From Bugula neritina (lineage: Eukaryota > Animalia > Bryozoa), in NCBI GenBank assembly GCA_964035545.1, contig OZ037765.1:35302080-35366079 (forward strand): a DNA stretch of 64,000 nt, read 5' to 3'. The position numbers were made by a program, and so were the translations under genes. Each line of letters begins with the position of its first letter. Within the stretch, counting starts at the first letter, position 1. The notes under the pieces were generated by a model. That model saw only the letters and a program-made list of their open reading frames with translations, was not told where the DNA came from and did no database searches. This document shows, piece by piece, positions 1 through 15,170 of this stretch.

Positions 1-77
1 CTCTCTTTCCAATATTCTACATTGTTGCCCCTGAGAGACCATGGGAAGGCAGCAAATTTTTCATTATAGGGCTTTGT

Positions 78-480
78 CTCAGACTTTCTCATCCAGTACG
101 CCGTTGTCCAAGATGAGTAGCAGTTTTGCAGGGCACCAAGTGCTATCAGAGAGTGTCATCTGATTCTATTGTCAACATCTTCATCTGAGAAGCCACATTT
201 CAGTATGCCATCCTTCACTGTATCCGTTAACCTTTTTTGCCCCCTCCCCCCTCTCCGTTTCTCTTTCTCTGTATCTTCATCTCAGCCACCATTATAATAT
301 CTTCCTCCGTATCTCTTCTGCGCACATGTCCATACTATTGAAGAGGTCTTCTCTTCATGTCTATTGCGATAGCTTCTATTTTGGCCTCCTCCTTTATATT
401 ATCATTTGTTACATGGTCTTCCCAATTCATATTGTAAATTTTTTTAAGCATCCTCATCTCAGTTGCACTTATCTGCTTCA
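78..480 (-). mobile_element. RTE-clade non-LTR retrotransposon, degraded 3' fragment
   Basis: Minus-strand translation KQISATEMRMLKKIYNMNWEDHVTNDNIKEEAKIEAIAIDMKRRPLQ*YGHVRRRD matches the RTE ORF C-terminal consensus (EMRMLR...D.I.N..IR...RL.WYGHV.RR). Contains stops and frameshifts; boundaries approximate. Confidence 0.8.
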
Positions 481-1140
481 ATATTGACAAGAGCAACTGG
501 GTGGCATCATTCTTTTAGTGGGTCACTGCAGAGTTCAATCTTCCGTTTGACAGACTCCCTGTCCTTTGAATCAGATTGGATTCTTGATTGCATCTCATCC
601 TTATGAGTAGTGAAAGCATTTATTTCAGACTCATCCCTGATGTCACTGAGGCCATACTATATCTTGTTGCATGCAGAAGTGCTGTACACCCACACCTTGA
701 GAGTTTCGAATTTAGTGGTGATGCCAATGATTCCCCCTTGCTGTGACCAAATCTCACGAAGGTCACCTCAATGGTCATGTCTGACCAGATGCCGTCGAGC
801 TGGCCGCGTTTATGATGCATTGCGTGGTTACCAGCCGCGAATTCAATCCTTACATCTTGTGGCATGACCTCCATGCTATGCAGATAGTGCATTTCCTCTT
901 CTATTGCTAGGTATAAGGCCCAGTCTCATTTTCTAACAGATATGATGTGGGTGTTGATGGTAAAAATTGGTCCAATAAAGCACATGGCCCACAGTTTTGC
1001 TGTTCTTGAGCTCTCTGCAATCTTAATCAACATCTTTTCAAGCTCCTTCATGCTAGTGATTACACTTTCATCAAGACTAGCTTTAACAGTTCTCCCACCA
1101 ATATTCTCAGACCTTGTACATTCTGGAGAAACTTTTTCTA
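481..1140 (-). mobile_element. Degraded DNA-transposon transposase remnant (Academ-like)
   Basis: ORF 620-892 (F..GNH.MHH..G..DGIWSDMTIE.TF.RFG) and the downstream HKDEMQSRIQSDSKDRESVKRKIELCSDPL...HPVALVNI resemble the invertebrate Academ-type transposase family as I recall it. Family assignment is from memory, not from a search. Confidence 0.5.
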
Positions 1141-3279
1141 TTTAGCATTTTGGAGAAACAACCAAAAGTAGAATTAACTACTTCTACCAAACCACTTTCA
1201 GCTATTAGTGTTCCAGTGCACCCAACATAGGTCATTAAAAGGGGAGAAATTAATAGTAAACGTTAATGAAAGGGGATTGGTATGAAAAAGGTAGGAAACC
1301 ACTGTTCTAATAGATGTATTACTTCCCTCAGCATGAAATACATTTTCATTTATAAAAAACTGTTGCAAATGCTTTTAGAGGAAAAGTCAAATGGGCTGAT
1401 TGTAGAAATAGTTTTCGAAAGCAAAAATGTCAATATTTAGATAAATGGTGTGTCAATAATAAAGCAATTAAATTATGTTAAGAAGCCTTGGTGCTGTGTT
1501 ATTAAAATTTTTGACCCCTTTTTATAACTTTAAAAAACATAGCTAAAGTTTTAAAACTAAAAATAACTATTAAGTTGGCAGCTCAACAAACCTTTTCGAT
1601 AGGCATGCCAGTTGGAAATAAATTGCTATTCAACTCATATGGCAATGACGTTGCATTTTAAGTTTGCAGAACTCCTTTCAGCTTTATTTGGTGGACATAC
1701 TTGTAATCAGCATATAACATCACACCATATAGTAAACTTTCATGAAGTTAGAACAAACTGATGCAGAGATAAAAGGAAATTATAAACACGGCAAGGCTAG
1801 GTTAAACTTGAAAAAATGAATGATTAAGGCTTAGCTTAGTTACCCTTGGGTATCATTTGCCTATTACTCAATAATGCATATGAGAAAGGCACAGGCATCT
1901 TTATTATATTAATTTCTAAAGATTTCAAAGCATTGGAACCTTAAATTTAGCCCCAATGGGTAGGTACATTTGAATTAAAAAAATCGTTTGGTGCCTGGCG
2001 GCCATCTTGAATTTCTCGAAATGCTCAAGGGTAAGAAGTCCACACCCACCTGGAAACATTTACCTAGACCCTATATTTGAATAATCAGGAGAGAAAAAAA
2101 CTTTATCCGGGGTTGCGAACCTAAGTCAAAAATTGGCATTTTTCTGCCAGACTATAAGGTGTAGTGTCGAGAGCACCCAGTGATGCTTGTAATGTAGTGG
2201 TGAGTGCGCCTGCTTGCAGGCTGAAGGTCTCAGCATGATTCAAAGTTTTTTAGCGGTCAAATTCTTTTTTGTGCTCTTATTCAGCATCTTTGAGTGCATG
2301 TTCTCAAAAAATGTTATGGGATCTACAACAAAAGATAAAAGTTGGTAATATTTAGATTGTATTAGTATGAACAGTAAACATTTGGTTAAGATATACAATC
2401 ACAAGCAGCGTAAATAAATTAAGTTCAACTTTAAAGAAGCTGAAGTCTAAGGCCAAAACTAATAGTATCAATGATGTTAGCTATGAATCTTTCAGCATAT
2501 TATTTTCAGCACCACCGTACCAATCGTTTGACTCTGAATAACCATACAGGCTTTGGCAAACTTATGATCATTATGTTGCGTAGGGTTTGGGTTAGTTTGA
2601 GCTTATCAAAATTTAGTAACAATTTTGGCCATCATTTTATTTTACTTCTTTCTTAATTACAAATGCAAGAGCTGTTGGGCATAATTAGTTTAGTTAATGG
2701 AAGCTTCTCTGCATTAAAATTATCTCAATTTAAGTTAGATTCAGCATTTTATATGGACCCCTCATATCAAGATAACAGATATTGATAAGTTTCAGTATGT
2801 CTATAAATTGAAAAACAAATAAAGTACTACCAAGAAAAATATTGCTACATAAACATGTTTTTATATTTAATTGTGCTGTGCAAAGACAAATAAAAGAATA
2901 AACTGGTAGCACGGAAGTTAATAAAAGATTTTGCCAACTCACCACTAATATTCATATTGGCTTTTTGGTACTTATCTATAAAACAAGAAGCTAGCTTGGC
3001 AGCTGCTTAAGGCTAATAACTACTTGTAGGCTGCTAAACTGCATTATTAACAATACTTCTACAAGGGGGGGGGGAATTCAAATTAATGAATTTAGCACAA
3101 ATTGCTAGAAGGTGAAGTGGAAATAAAACGATAAATTTTTTGAAAATAGATCGTTACAGGAAAACTTCGTATCAAATTGATATAGGAATAGAGTAGTTTG
3201 GGAAATATCAGTCAATGTGGTCTCTTAAAAGTTATAGTTGCACAAATTCAATTATCTGTCTACAGCAATAGTCATACTG

Positions 3280-4035
3280 CACAGGATAGTTAAGGGCATC
3301 CTCACTAAGAATATCATAAATTTCTCTCAAAATGTAGTTTGGGTTCTTGAATAATATTGCTCTGCGGGTGGCATGCGTGTTGCCTACTTCTAATTGTTTA
3401 GCCTAAGATTAAACTACAACCAATAAGCAGCAACCTTCGTTAGGGCTGCGTTATCTATCAACATTCCATTATTGGTGCTACATAAACAAAGTACAAAGCA
3501 AGCTATTCATTATAGCCTGCCAGCTAGCTAGCCTGTAATTATTATGTAGGCGCCAATATCTTCTCATCCCTACGTGCTCAGTGAAGCGTGAAGCGCTGCG
3601 CGCTGCTAGTTTCTTATGAGAAAATATGGCATTTTCAGTGTATAAGTCACCAATTTATGAGCAATCTAGCAGAGTTATTAAAAAAAGAAAAAAACTTACA
3701 CTGGAGAAATATCTCAGGATTCCAGCAGTGCAATTTTTATTCAGATATCATGCTTTGCTGCTGAGATATTTTACTGGTACTGAAAAGTCAGCTTTTCAGG
3801 CAAAATTGGCCAAAATTCGGCAGTTTTTTGTCTATAACTTCGCAAAAAAAATGAAAATTGAAATTTCCAAAAAACTTACACTGGAGAAAAAGAAGATCTA
3901 CAACATAGTTTTGAAATTTTGACTCTAGCACAATTAGGTGATATTTTATTTTACTGGTACTGAATTCTTATATGATTACAATGCAAACCTCAGCAAGGCA
4001 GTTGCAGCTAAAAGGTTGCCCTTAACTATCCTGTG
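3280..4035. mobile_element. Non-autonomous CMC (CACTA/EnSpm/Chapaev)-type DNA element
   Basis: 19-bp TIR CACAGGATAGTTAAGGGCA at 3280-3298, with its reverse complement at 4017-4035. 2-bp TG flanks on both sides. Internal direct repeats (aaaaaacttacactggagaaa x2; ttttactggtactgaa x2). Confidence 0.75.
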
Positions 4036-5829
4036 TGTCATTGTGATATAAAATGACAACATTAAGCAAATGATTGAGCTTACCTTTTGCTGCAATGACA
4101 ACTTCAGTTCCTAACTCTGAAAGAAAGTGATCATCTTCTATCTCTGAGAGGTAGCTGCAATCTTTACCCATGTGATAAAATGATTCAACGTTTTCCATGT
4201 TGTGAGGTTGTTTGGAAGCACAAATTCACTGAATCTCAAAGCACAACCTCTTAGTCTGAGCCTCTGGTGTTCACTATGCCGGCAGAATATTTCTTTTGTC
4301 AATAGCCGTGAATGAAAACTATGTGCTGTTATGTAATAACCTTTGTTTTGCTCTTTCGATGCTTGGTAAGCCAGTTTCTTGCCTTTGAATTACAATTTAA
4401 ATATTTCCTTACTATAGCTCTGTTATGCAACATCTTCTTTTGTTCCACCATGTAGTTTACACAAGTTACTTAGGCTTTTGAAGTGGTTCACCTGATCCAC
4501 AATTGACTATTCAGTAGCTTGTTTCATTGTTAATTTTAAGCTTCTTGTTTAAAACACATTTGCTGATAACTGAGTACATTGGAGTTTAATGGTGCATCTC
4601 CCTGATCTCTCTTTTACACACATTTTATATTAGTTGGCTTTCCTTTCCATGAATGAAATTGACTAGTGAAGCCTAAACTACCCATGCAAGAGATATGTGC
4701 AGTTGAAGTTTTTTGTTGATAAATTCAACTCAAGTCTTTGATAAACGGAGTGGGGCGATGTTTAATAGTAGTCTGGTAACAAGCTATTTGAAAATGTCTT
4801 GGGTTCAAAAAAATTTCGAAATCATAAACAGCTAGTAGGTTGAAGGAGTTTCATTCCACTTATATGCTCCCCAGTTAGGTTGTATTTTTTGTTTTGGTAC
4901 TAAGTATTATATACCTATATACCGTTATATAACTTTCATATCAATTGCTAGACATAAAATAACCATTAATATGATATATTTGCAATAATATTTAAATTTT
5001 CCCAACTTTGTGTTGAAAGAAAGCATTAAATGCATTAATAATAACATTTTTTCAAAAAACAAAAAATATAGAAAGTGCAAAATTAATAGGTTTATGCAGA
5101 GCAAAGAAATTTATTTGTGTGCCAATTATAAAAAGCAATTGACTCAAATTTTTTTAAATACACATATATTTCAATAGTGTTCAAATAAATTGCACGTAAA
5201 ATGTATAAATAGCATCTAACTGGGAAGCACCAATTGAAATGACCCAAATGTAGGGTTCAACTTCATTCTAGCTTCCTATAAAGGTTTGTGATCATCATTA
5301 GTGCACATGTGAATGAATAATGTTGTTAGGTGAACAACTGCCAATTGTTCCATAATTATTATGTAAATAAAATTTTGCTTGAACATATGTAGTTGTAGCA
5401 TTGATCTTACTTTCTGCTCCTATCAACTACAGTTTAGCTTCATTCAGACCTAGGGATGATGATTACGTAATACTTGTGAAAAGTAGCCTTGACTTAACAA
5501 CTAAGTGGTTTCAGAGCTACTACAAAATATTTTTCAGCTTACACTAATCGGATTAATTTTCAATTTCATCAAAATAAGTGCAGGTCTAACAACTATTAGA
5601 GGTGTGGTGCAGGCTATACCGGCAATAAAAGGCTCTTTGAACAACTTTAGTGCAAGTGCTGCACTAATATTTCTCTCTGTGTACAAACAAATAAGAAAAG
5701 TTCTAGATTCAAAACTGAATGGTGAGAACACAATCAAAGCAATAAACACATGGGCAGTAACAGCAGTGCATTACACAGCTAGAATACTTGACTGAACTGT
5801 TTCATGAGCTAAAAAATATGGACTGAAAG

Positions 5830-6913
5830 ACAAGGAAGCTAATGACAACAAACCGTGCACCCTATCCGAGAGCAGATGTAGGCAGGCTGTATTTTAGCAG
5901 AAGGGAAGGCGGTAGAAGAATGTTGTCAACTGAAAAATTCATAAAGATTGAAAACTGCAGCATGTCAGACTACATAAATATAACATAGACTGATAGAAAC
6001 ACCACACTGAATACCTTCCTAAAAGACAGAACAGCGGTAGAACTAAATAATGACAAAGTGATAGAAAGAACTGATGAGTGTAAAGAAAAGCTTCACGTGG
6101 TCAATACATCAAAATGGTGGAAGACATGAAAGCATTTTCCTGGAACTGGTTGAAGTATGGTTGGCTGAAAAAGGAAACAGAAGGACTGCTGACAGCTGCG
6201 CAAAATCAACTATTAACTACTAGAAATTATAAAGTGGCTATGATGAGAGAACAGGGTAGCAAGAAGTGTGGAATGTGTAACGCAAGAGACAAAACTTCGA
6301 TGCACGTATTGAGTGAGTTTGAGAAGGTAGCAGAAGGAGAATATAAGAAAAAACACAACCTTTTGGCATTGATAATTTCAATAGTAGTTGTGTGAACTTC
6401 GTGGGTTTTAGAAAAGTAAGAATTGGTACGGCCATCAAGCAGAATAAGTACTGGAAAATGATAATGTGAAAACCTTGTAAGATTTTAGCATACACACTGA
6501 CGTAGTCATCAAAGTTAGGAGACCCGATATATTAGTAGTTGACAAGCATAATGCTGAAACAACGATAATTGATATCGGAGTCCCTGTTAACTACAGAGTA
6601 AAAGAAAAAAATTCGAAAAGTTAGGAAAATATCAGAATTTAGCACTAGAATAAACCCGCCTTTGGAAAACATCAAAAAAGTCATCCCGTTGTAACTGGAG
6701 CCTTTGAAGCTTTATACAAGATTGTAGACTGGCTGACACTACTTGGAGTAGCTGAAAACAAATGCTCATTAATTAAGCAGACACCCTTACTATAGGATCA
6801 GGATAAGCTCACATCCTGAGGAAAGTTCTATCCATTTCAGCCTAGTATAACTAGGCCAATGGTAAAAGGTTACACCAGCTAAAAAGCTACGGTCAATCAA
6901 CAATAATAATAAT
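5830..6913 (+). mobile_element. R4/Dong-like non-LTR retrotransposon 3' fragment (CCHC plus restriction-like endonuclease)
   Basis: ORF 6114-6395 SWNWLKYGWLKKETEGLLTAAQNQLLTTRNY...KCGMC...HVLS...EYKKKHN, then RRPDILVVDK...IIDIGVP and KYQ.LA motifs in broken frames, ending in a caacaataataat tail. Boundaries approximate. Confidence 0.8.
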
Positions 6914-7267
6914 ATACAACTATATTAGTGCAGTTGGTTCTATTATTAGATTAGCATATCGATTATGACTTTTCGATTGCCACCCTGATACTATGAGTAA
7001 AATGTAAAAGCATACGTGAAAGTATAGATATGATCATAAGTATAAAAATAGGTATAAGTATAAATATAAATATAGGTACAAGTATAAAACGAATGATTAT
7101 ATTATTAATAATATTAGTCAGTGATACCTATAACCGTAATGGTTTTTAGACTTACAGTTATCATCAACATTAGCTGAGTAATATGATAGATTAGTTAAAA
7201 TAATGGTATTCATTATTATATCATAGTTATAAGTTATAACTCTAGTCTCTAAAGAGCAACAGCAAGT

Positions 7268-7688
7268 GGGTCATTTTACTTAATTTAGTACACACTGGAT
7301 ATCTTCAGTTTTTGGCTATTTTTCTCAATTTAGCTGGTAATGAACATGGTCTTTTGGCCAAAACTAGTAAAACACCAATAAATACACCTAAAGAATCAAA
7401 GTTATTTTTAATTTTGCTTTATTTCCTATGTTTTTTCCTAATTATTCAGCTAGTTTTGGTTACGGACCGTTACGGTTTTTTCATAACGGTCGCACATATA
7501 GAATATTAAGTGCATATGACAATGACCTGTGCTTTAATGTTGGGGAATCCCCTTCCAGCCTTTTCTGTTATGCGTAGTTAAAACCAGCACATAAAAATAG
7601 CATGTATAGTAAATTTCAATTGATTTTGAGCAAACTTCAATATTAGGTCATAAGTTGCTGGTGTGTACTAAATGAAGTAAACTGACTC
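7268..7688. mobile_element. MITE with GRG termini and 4-bp TSD (Sola2-like)
   Basis: Imperfect ~30-bp TIRs (GGGTCATTTTACTTAATTTAGTACACAC vs reverse complement of GTGTGTACTAAATGAAGTAAACTGACTC). AAGT duplicated at 7264-7267 and 7689-7692. Confidence 0.7.
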
Positions 7689-8399
7689 AAGTGTAATTGG
7701 GATATTCATATTAAATTTCATATTCACATAGTGAAATGTTTATGTTATGAACTAATTTATTCCTTCAACATTTAACTATAAATATGATTAACACTAACTT
7801 TGACCAGCAGTATTACTAAAAGAAGCGTATTACAAATATAAGATAATAAAATTTTAGTAGTAGGACTAATAGTATTACTAGGTCCAGTATTATTCTTGTT
7901 ATCTTATTCATCATTCATGAGTTATCAAATTTAAAATTACTACTTATTAGCATCAGCATATAAAAAGTAAGATCATTAGGAATAATTATCATGAGGTATG
8001 ATCTATGATTTGCATTATCCATATATAGTTTAATATCAATATGATATATTATTATTGCTGATAGTCTATGTTATAGTTAAATTTATACTTATCTTTACAG
8101 TTACCTATAGTAGCACTTATTAGTTATTTGTGGTAGCCAAACTAATGTTTAATATTAATAAATTAAACTGAGTATCATAAAAGTGTTACTAAGAATTTTA
8201 ATTATAATCGTAATGGTGATCATATTACTTTATTATAATTATTATATTTTATCATTAATGCTAAACTGAGTTAATGTATATACTTTGAGTTTTACTATTA
8301 CTCATTATATTTACACTTATAGTAAAACTAAATATGTAAAAGTTATACTTATACTATTATTATTCGTATTTCATTAGACTTACATCTAAGATCGCAGTC

Positions 8400-8484
8400 C
8401 TATTACTGCTACCACTGATACTAGTACTACAACTAGTACTAGTACTGCTACTAGTACTACTACTACTACTACTAATAGTACCGT

Positions 8485-8528
<44 letters not shown>

Positions 8529-8550
8529 GGTCTACTACTGTACCAGTACA
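8400..8550. repeat. (TAC/CTA)n trinucleotide microsatellite
   Basis: Directly visible; explains the poly-Ser ORF 8360-8551. Confidence 0.9.
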
Positions 8551-9281
8551 ACTACAAACTTTGAAAATAACTGCAAGAAAGGTATGACTTACTCTTTTTC
8601 TTAGTCTTACTGTGACTCTCAGTCGTAATGTAAAATAAAATTGTGAACTGTAAAGTTAAACCCAAGGCTGAAATTTATTTAATTAAATTTAGACAATCTG
8701 AATCATTGGCTCAATCCTTGAGTTTGACTATTACTATTATTATTACTATTAGTGTTACGATTGTGATTATCATTGGCATTATGCCATTATGATTATCATT
8801 ATGATTGTAATTGTGGTAATTCTTATTCTAACATTAATTATAATCATAAATTAAAAGGTAATGATTAATGATAATTATTTTCATTTTGTAATCATAATGA
8901 TAATCATAATGATGTAAATTTTGATGTAAAACCAAAATACTAAAACTAAAAGTAAAAGTTATAAAATTAAATGATAAAATATTATAATGATAATTATTAT
9001 ATTTATTATATTATTATTGAATATATTATTTCATTAGAAAATAGGTTGCAGCTTAGCATGATTAAAATTCAGTAAAAATTAGTTTACCAACAGCAAACAT
9101 GCATGCGTCTTGTCAACATTCAATTCGTAGTGCCATAGCGAAGCTAGATTACTGGTAGTACGACTACTAGAACTACTACTACTAGTGATGGATTACAGAT
9201 CCTTGGCGATTTTAGCTGTGAGTGACCTTCACCTCACATTCTCGTCATGTGCGCGGCATTAGACTAAGTAGTCGTAGAGGG

Positions 9282-11065
<1,784 letters not shown>

Positions 11066-14000
11066 GTAGAGGGTATGAAGCACTGAGCTGGAAAAGAAAG
11101 AATATATTTTAATTATAGGTAATACTAATAGTAATATAATTTATGGTAATATATAGGTAATATTATTGAGTTCATTGGTATGGAGTATAGACCTATCACT
11201 GATAGTATCAGTATCAACCACCACTTACGTACTACTTCAACTTATAACTTACCTTCAACTCAAACTCAAACTGAAACTGCTTGGAATCATTTGTCTTTGA
11301 TCATATTGGCATTGTCATTGTGATTGTAATAACTATTAATATTTTTAGTTCAACATCAATGCCGAACATATTGTAATAACTAATAAGATAATCATAAGGT
11401 TGATATATTTTGCTAATACTAATACTAATACTAATAGTTATAGTAATAGTTATAGTAATTCAGTGTCACTCTCACTCTGGTGGAGTGAGACTCAGACTTA
11501 GAGTTAGAGACAGAGTGAGTCCGAGTAAGTCTGAGTGTTGGTAATAGTAATAGTCATATAAATTTAAATTATATTTACTTATTTCTAGCAATCACAATGG
11601 CAATGCCAATAGTTATAGTAACTTTCACTTACTCTTAAATCATTGAACCTGAACTAAAAGTAAAATTAAGCATTATGATTATGATTATCATTATGATTAT
11701 ACCTATGATTTTATTATGTTTAAATTAAAAATCAATATCATGATAATATCATAGTGATAGACATATTATTGATAAATGATAATATAAAAGTAGTTTGATA
11801 AATTATACATTGATTTTGAATTAAGGTGATACTGATAGTGATACTAGACCGGTACTGAAAGTGTTAGTAATACTAATAGTAATAGTAATAGTCATATAAA
11901 TTTAAGTTATATTTACTCATTACCGGCAATCACAATGGCAATAGTAACCTAAACTGTAACAGTAATGGTATGGGTATGTTTGAAATTGTCACTATCAGTA
12001 TTGCTATGAATCAAAATATAATGCTATCATACCAATAATTTAAAATAATATTACAAAGCTTAAGTAGCAACTTTTACTTGTACCAGTTTGGAATTTTGAA
12101 TTATACATATTCTTAGTTAAAGTCTTCAAGTTTATTGTCAAAATGAACTTGAAATTAAAGACTTAGTAGTAAAAATTAAACTAAGACTGACTGTAAGTGA
12201 CTAAGATTAAAAATAAGTAATTTTAAATATCGATTTAGTATTTTTCTTACTCTTTGTCTTAAAATTGACTTTTATTTTGCACCTACTCCTGGTCAATGAT
12301 CCTTTTTTCTATTTATATTACTATTGCTATTAGTATAATTGACTTAAATTTAATAATAGATATGATTATATCTTTATAAATGTGATATTTGATTTTATGA
12401 ATAGTAATTCGAAAACTCTTTGGTATTATTTATTTTTGATCATTGTAGTTATTACCATTATATTTGTATAATAATTATGATTATCAAATTCAATATCGAT
12501 ATTTGTATTATGGTATGGATATCTGCCTCCGTCCCATGTTCTGTTTTGCAGTGCCTTTTTACATTCACGTCTAGGTTCACATTGCGATGGTCATACTGAT
12601 AGCACTTGGGGACAGTGATGAGCATAATGATTATCACTAATATTAAGATTATCGTTATTAGGATTTAGAATAATTTAATAAACAAGCAACTTAAAACAAA
12701 TGTTTTTACTAATATACATATTAATTACTAATATAAATATACTACTATGAATATTATAATTATTATACTTTACAATTCGAAGTAAGATAATCATAGTACG
12801 AACTGGTAAAACTAAATATAAAGTAAATGTAATAATACTAATAGTAGTTATCCATTCCCCTTTGGTTTCACATACTAATAATTGGAAACCTCTGTCCTAA
12901 TATTATTTCTATTAATATTGCTCAAAGTTTGATCCCTATTTAATTTTATAGTTCACTCACCAGCTACATAATTTTATTAAAATACATGTGGTATTGGTTA
13001 TAGTACTAGTGAAACTTGAAGTTGAATAGCATGCTTATTACTCACTGCTCTTTGCTTACATTATTAGGGTTACTCTTTAGTCTTAGAGATACCCTAACAT
13101 AAACTTGAAAGCTGGAGGTAGTACTAGTCTAGTGCTGTGTTAATCCTACACTGTTGACTTATCAACACTGTGACTATAATTATGACTTCTAAGTCAAAGT
13201 CATTTTCATATAGTAGTAATCACTATGACAGACTGAAAGTCAGGAAGACTAAATATAATGGTATAAAGTGTGTAAGAATAAATCATACTTAATCAATTAC
13301 TTTTAGTTTTGTTACCAGTGTTGGGTCAACTTTCAGAATAAAGAATAAATATAATTATAAAGATAAATGGATAAAAATTCCAATCATGGTTTAATGTGCC
13401 TATTTTAAGCTGTTAATTTAATTACTATAATATAAGTGCTCAAAATACAACTTTTGATTTTCATAATTATGTTTTAATTTAATACAGATACCATAGTATC
13501 ATATACAGTAGAATCAGTTGTATCTTATTTAATAATGAAGTAACTTATTGGAGCTTTCACAGTTATTAATTATTTACTTGTTAGTCTTTGAACTGGGACA
13601 ATGTTTGAAACTTGAAGTAGAATGAAGTTTGATTTCAGTTACCGCAATGGTATCTGCAGTCACAATAGGAATACGCATATAACTATGTTTATATTTGTGA
13701 AAAATATATAGTCAAAACTAGATAAGGTAATAGTAATTATAATTGGTTTCACTTTTAATATATTCTTATAAACTGGAAAATAGACAGAAGCATTTAATCA
13801 TGAAAGTAAACCTAGTGGAAGTAAATCAATTCACTAAGTATAGTAAAATATTTACTATTTAGTAAGTTTATTTACTTTAGTTAATTGTACTTGATTATTT
13901 CTGTCGGTTTTTCAGTTGATTTTTCTACCTTTTGCTATAGCATATCAAACTACCACAAAGTCATGCTTCCGTATTACAATTATAAACATAGTGTTACTGT

Positions 14001-14899
14001 GTAATGTTATAGTAATGTAATAGTTATATTTGGATCATTGTAAGTATTTCTGTTGTTGTACTGATTGATAAATATTTTTTAGCTTGCATGGATATTTGCA
14101 ACGATCAAGATGTCATTTGAACCTGGACTGGAATAAAGATGGCAAATCGAGAAGCTAGCTACAATTATTCTGCAGAAAGAAACTTGGTAAGCAAAAATAA
14201 GCTGCAGCAGTAAGCAATATGACGATGAACTTTGCTTGATTTTGATTGACCTTAAAATATCTGGTCACCTTTCAGCAACGTGGTCCTGCGCGGGTGGCTG
14301 GTGACCTTAAAATGTCTGTTGCACGTAAAATAAATTTTGTGACAGTCAAAAGTATGCTGATCTTTGTCTTAGCTTAAGAGCTGAACCCAACAATTATGAT
14401 CTAAAGCTGTTTTTTACTAGAAAGTGATTTTACTGTCTTTCTGATTATTCTTGGTTTTTCAGCTTGATGAATTGAATAAATGGATTTGATTTCGGGTATT
14501 ATGTAATGGATGAAAGAAATTTTTCTTAAATTTGTACTGAGCAATTTTTGCTATTGCTTTGATGTTTAGTGATAAAATTGCACCCTTAATAACCCTGAAA
14601 ACTTCCATTACTAGCATTTGTTTATGTTCATTTTTAGGAAATTAAAATGAAGACACAACTCACCGATGCTATCTCACTGTGGCTGCATGCAGTTTATCTA
14701 AAAAGGTACTCCTATTAGCTGGCTCTTGCCCAATACCTGGTTGTCTCTGTAACTATTTTTTGCTCGCAGATGAGTTTTTTGAACTTGACATTTTATTGAT
14801 TTTGAAAGTTATAGTGAGCTTTGAACTTGCTAGCATCGTTTTTAAAGACTTGCTGCAGTTTTTATCAACATTTTTTAAGTCAATGGTGTTAGTTTGGAA

Positions 14900-15170
14900 G
14901 CTCTCTCACTCCTCTCTCTGTCTCTTTCTCCCACACCTTCCACTCAACCTCTCTCTCTTTCTCCCCCTCTCTCCCACCCTCCCTCTCTCCCACCCTCCCT
15001 CTCTCCCACCCTCTGTCTCTCCCACCTTCTCTCTCTCCTAACCTTTCTCTCTTCCCTTTTCCACTATCTCTCTGACTCTCTCCCTTTCTCTCTTCTACCC
15101 CATCTCTCTTCCATCCTCTCTCCTAACTTTTCTCTCCCACCCCCCCCTCTCCCACTCTCTTTCTCTCTCT
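14900..15170. repeat. CT-rich polypyrimidine low-complexity tract
   Basis: Directly visible; explains the L/S/P-rich ORFs 14679-15172. Confidence 0.85.

Noticed and set aside
1790-2154. Possible TAG-type (Academ-like) transposon terminus ending CTGCCAGACTA
   Set aside because: No partner TIR or TSD found, and a link to the remnant at 481-1140 is not demonstrable.
3570-3610. Helitron-like 3' end (GC-rich hairpin plus CTAGT)
   Set aside because: The hairpin is imperfect, no 5' end was identified, and it lies inside another element.
11100-13900. AT-rich region with triplet-like periodicity and a ~75-bp direct duplication (~11540-11610 vs ~11875-11945)
   Set aside because: No ORF or motif; consistent with decayed simple repeats.
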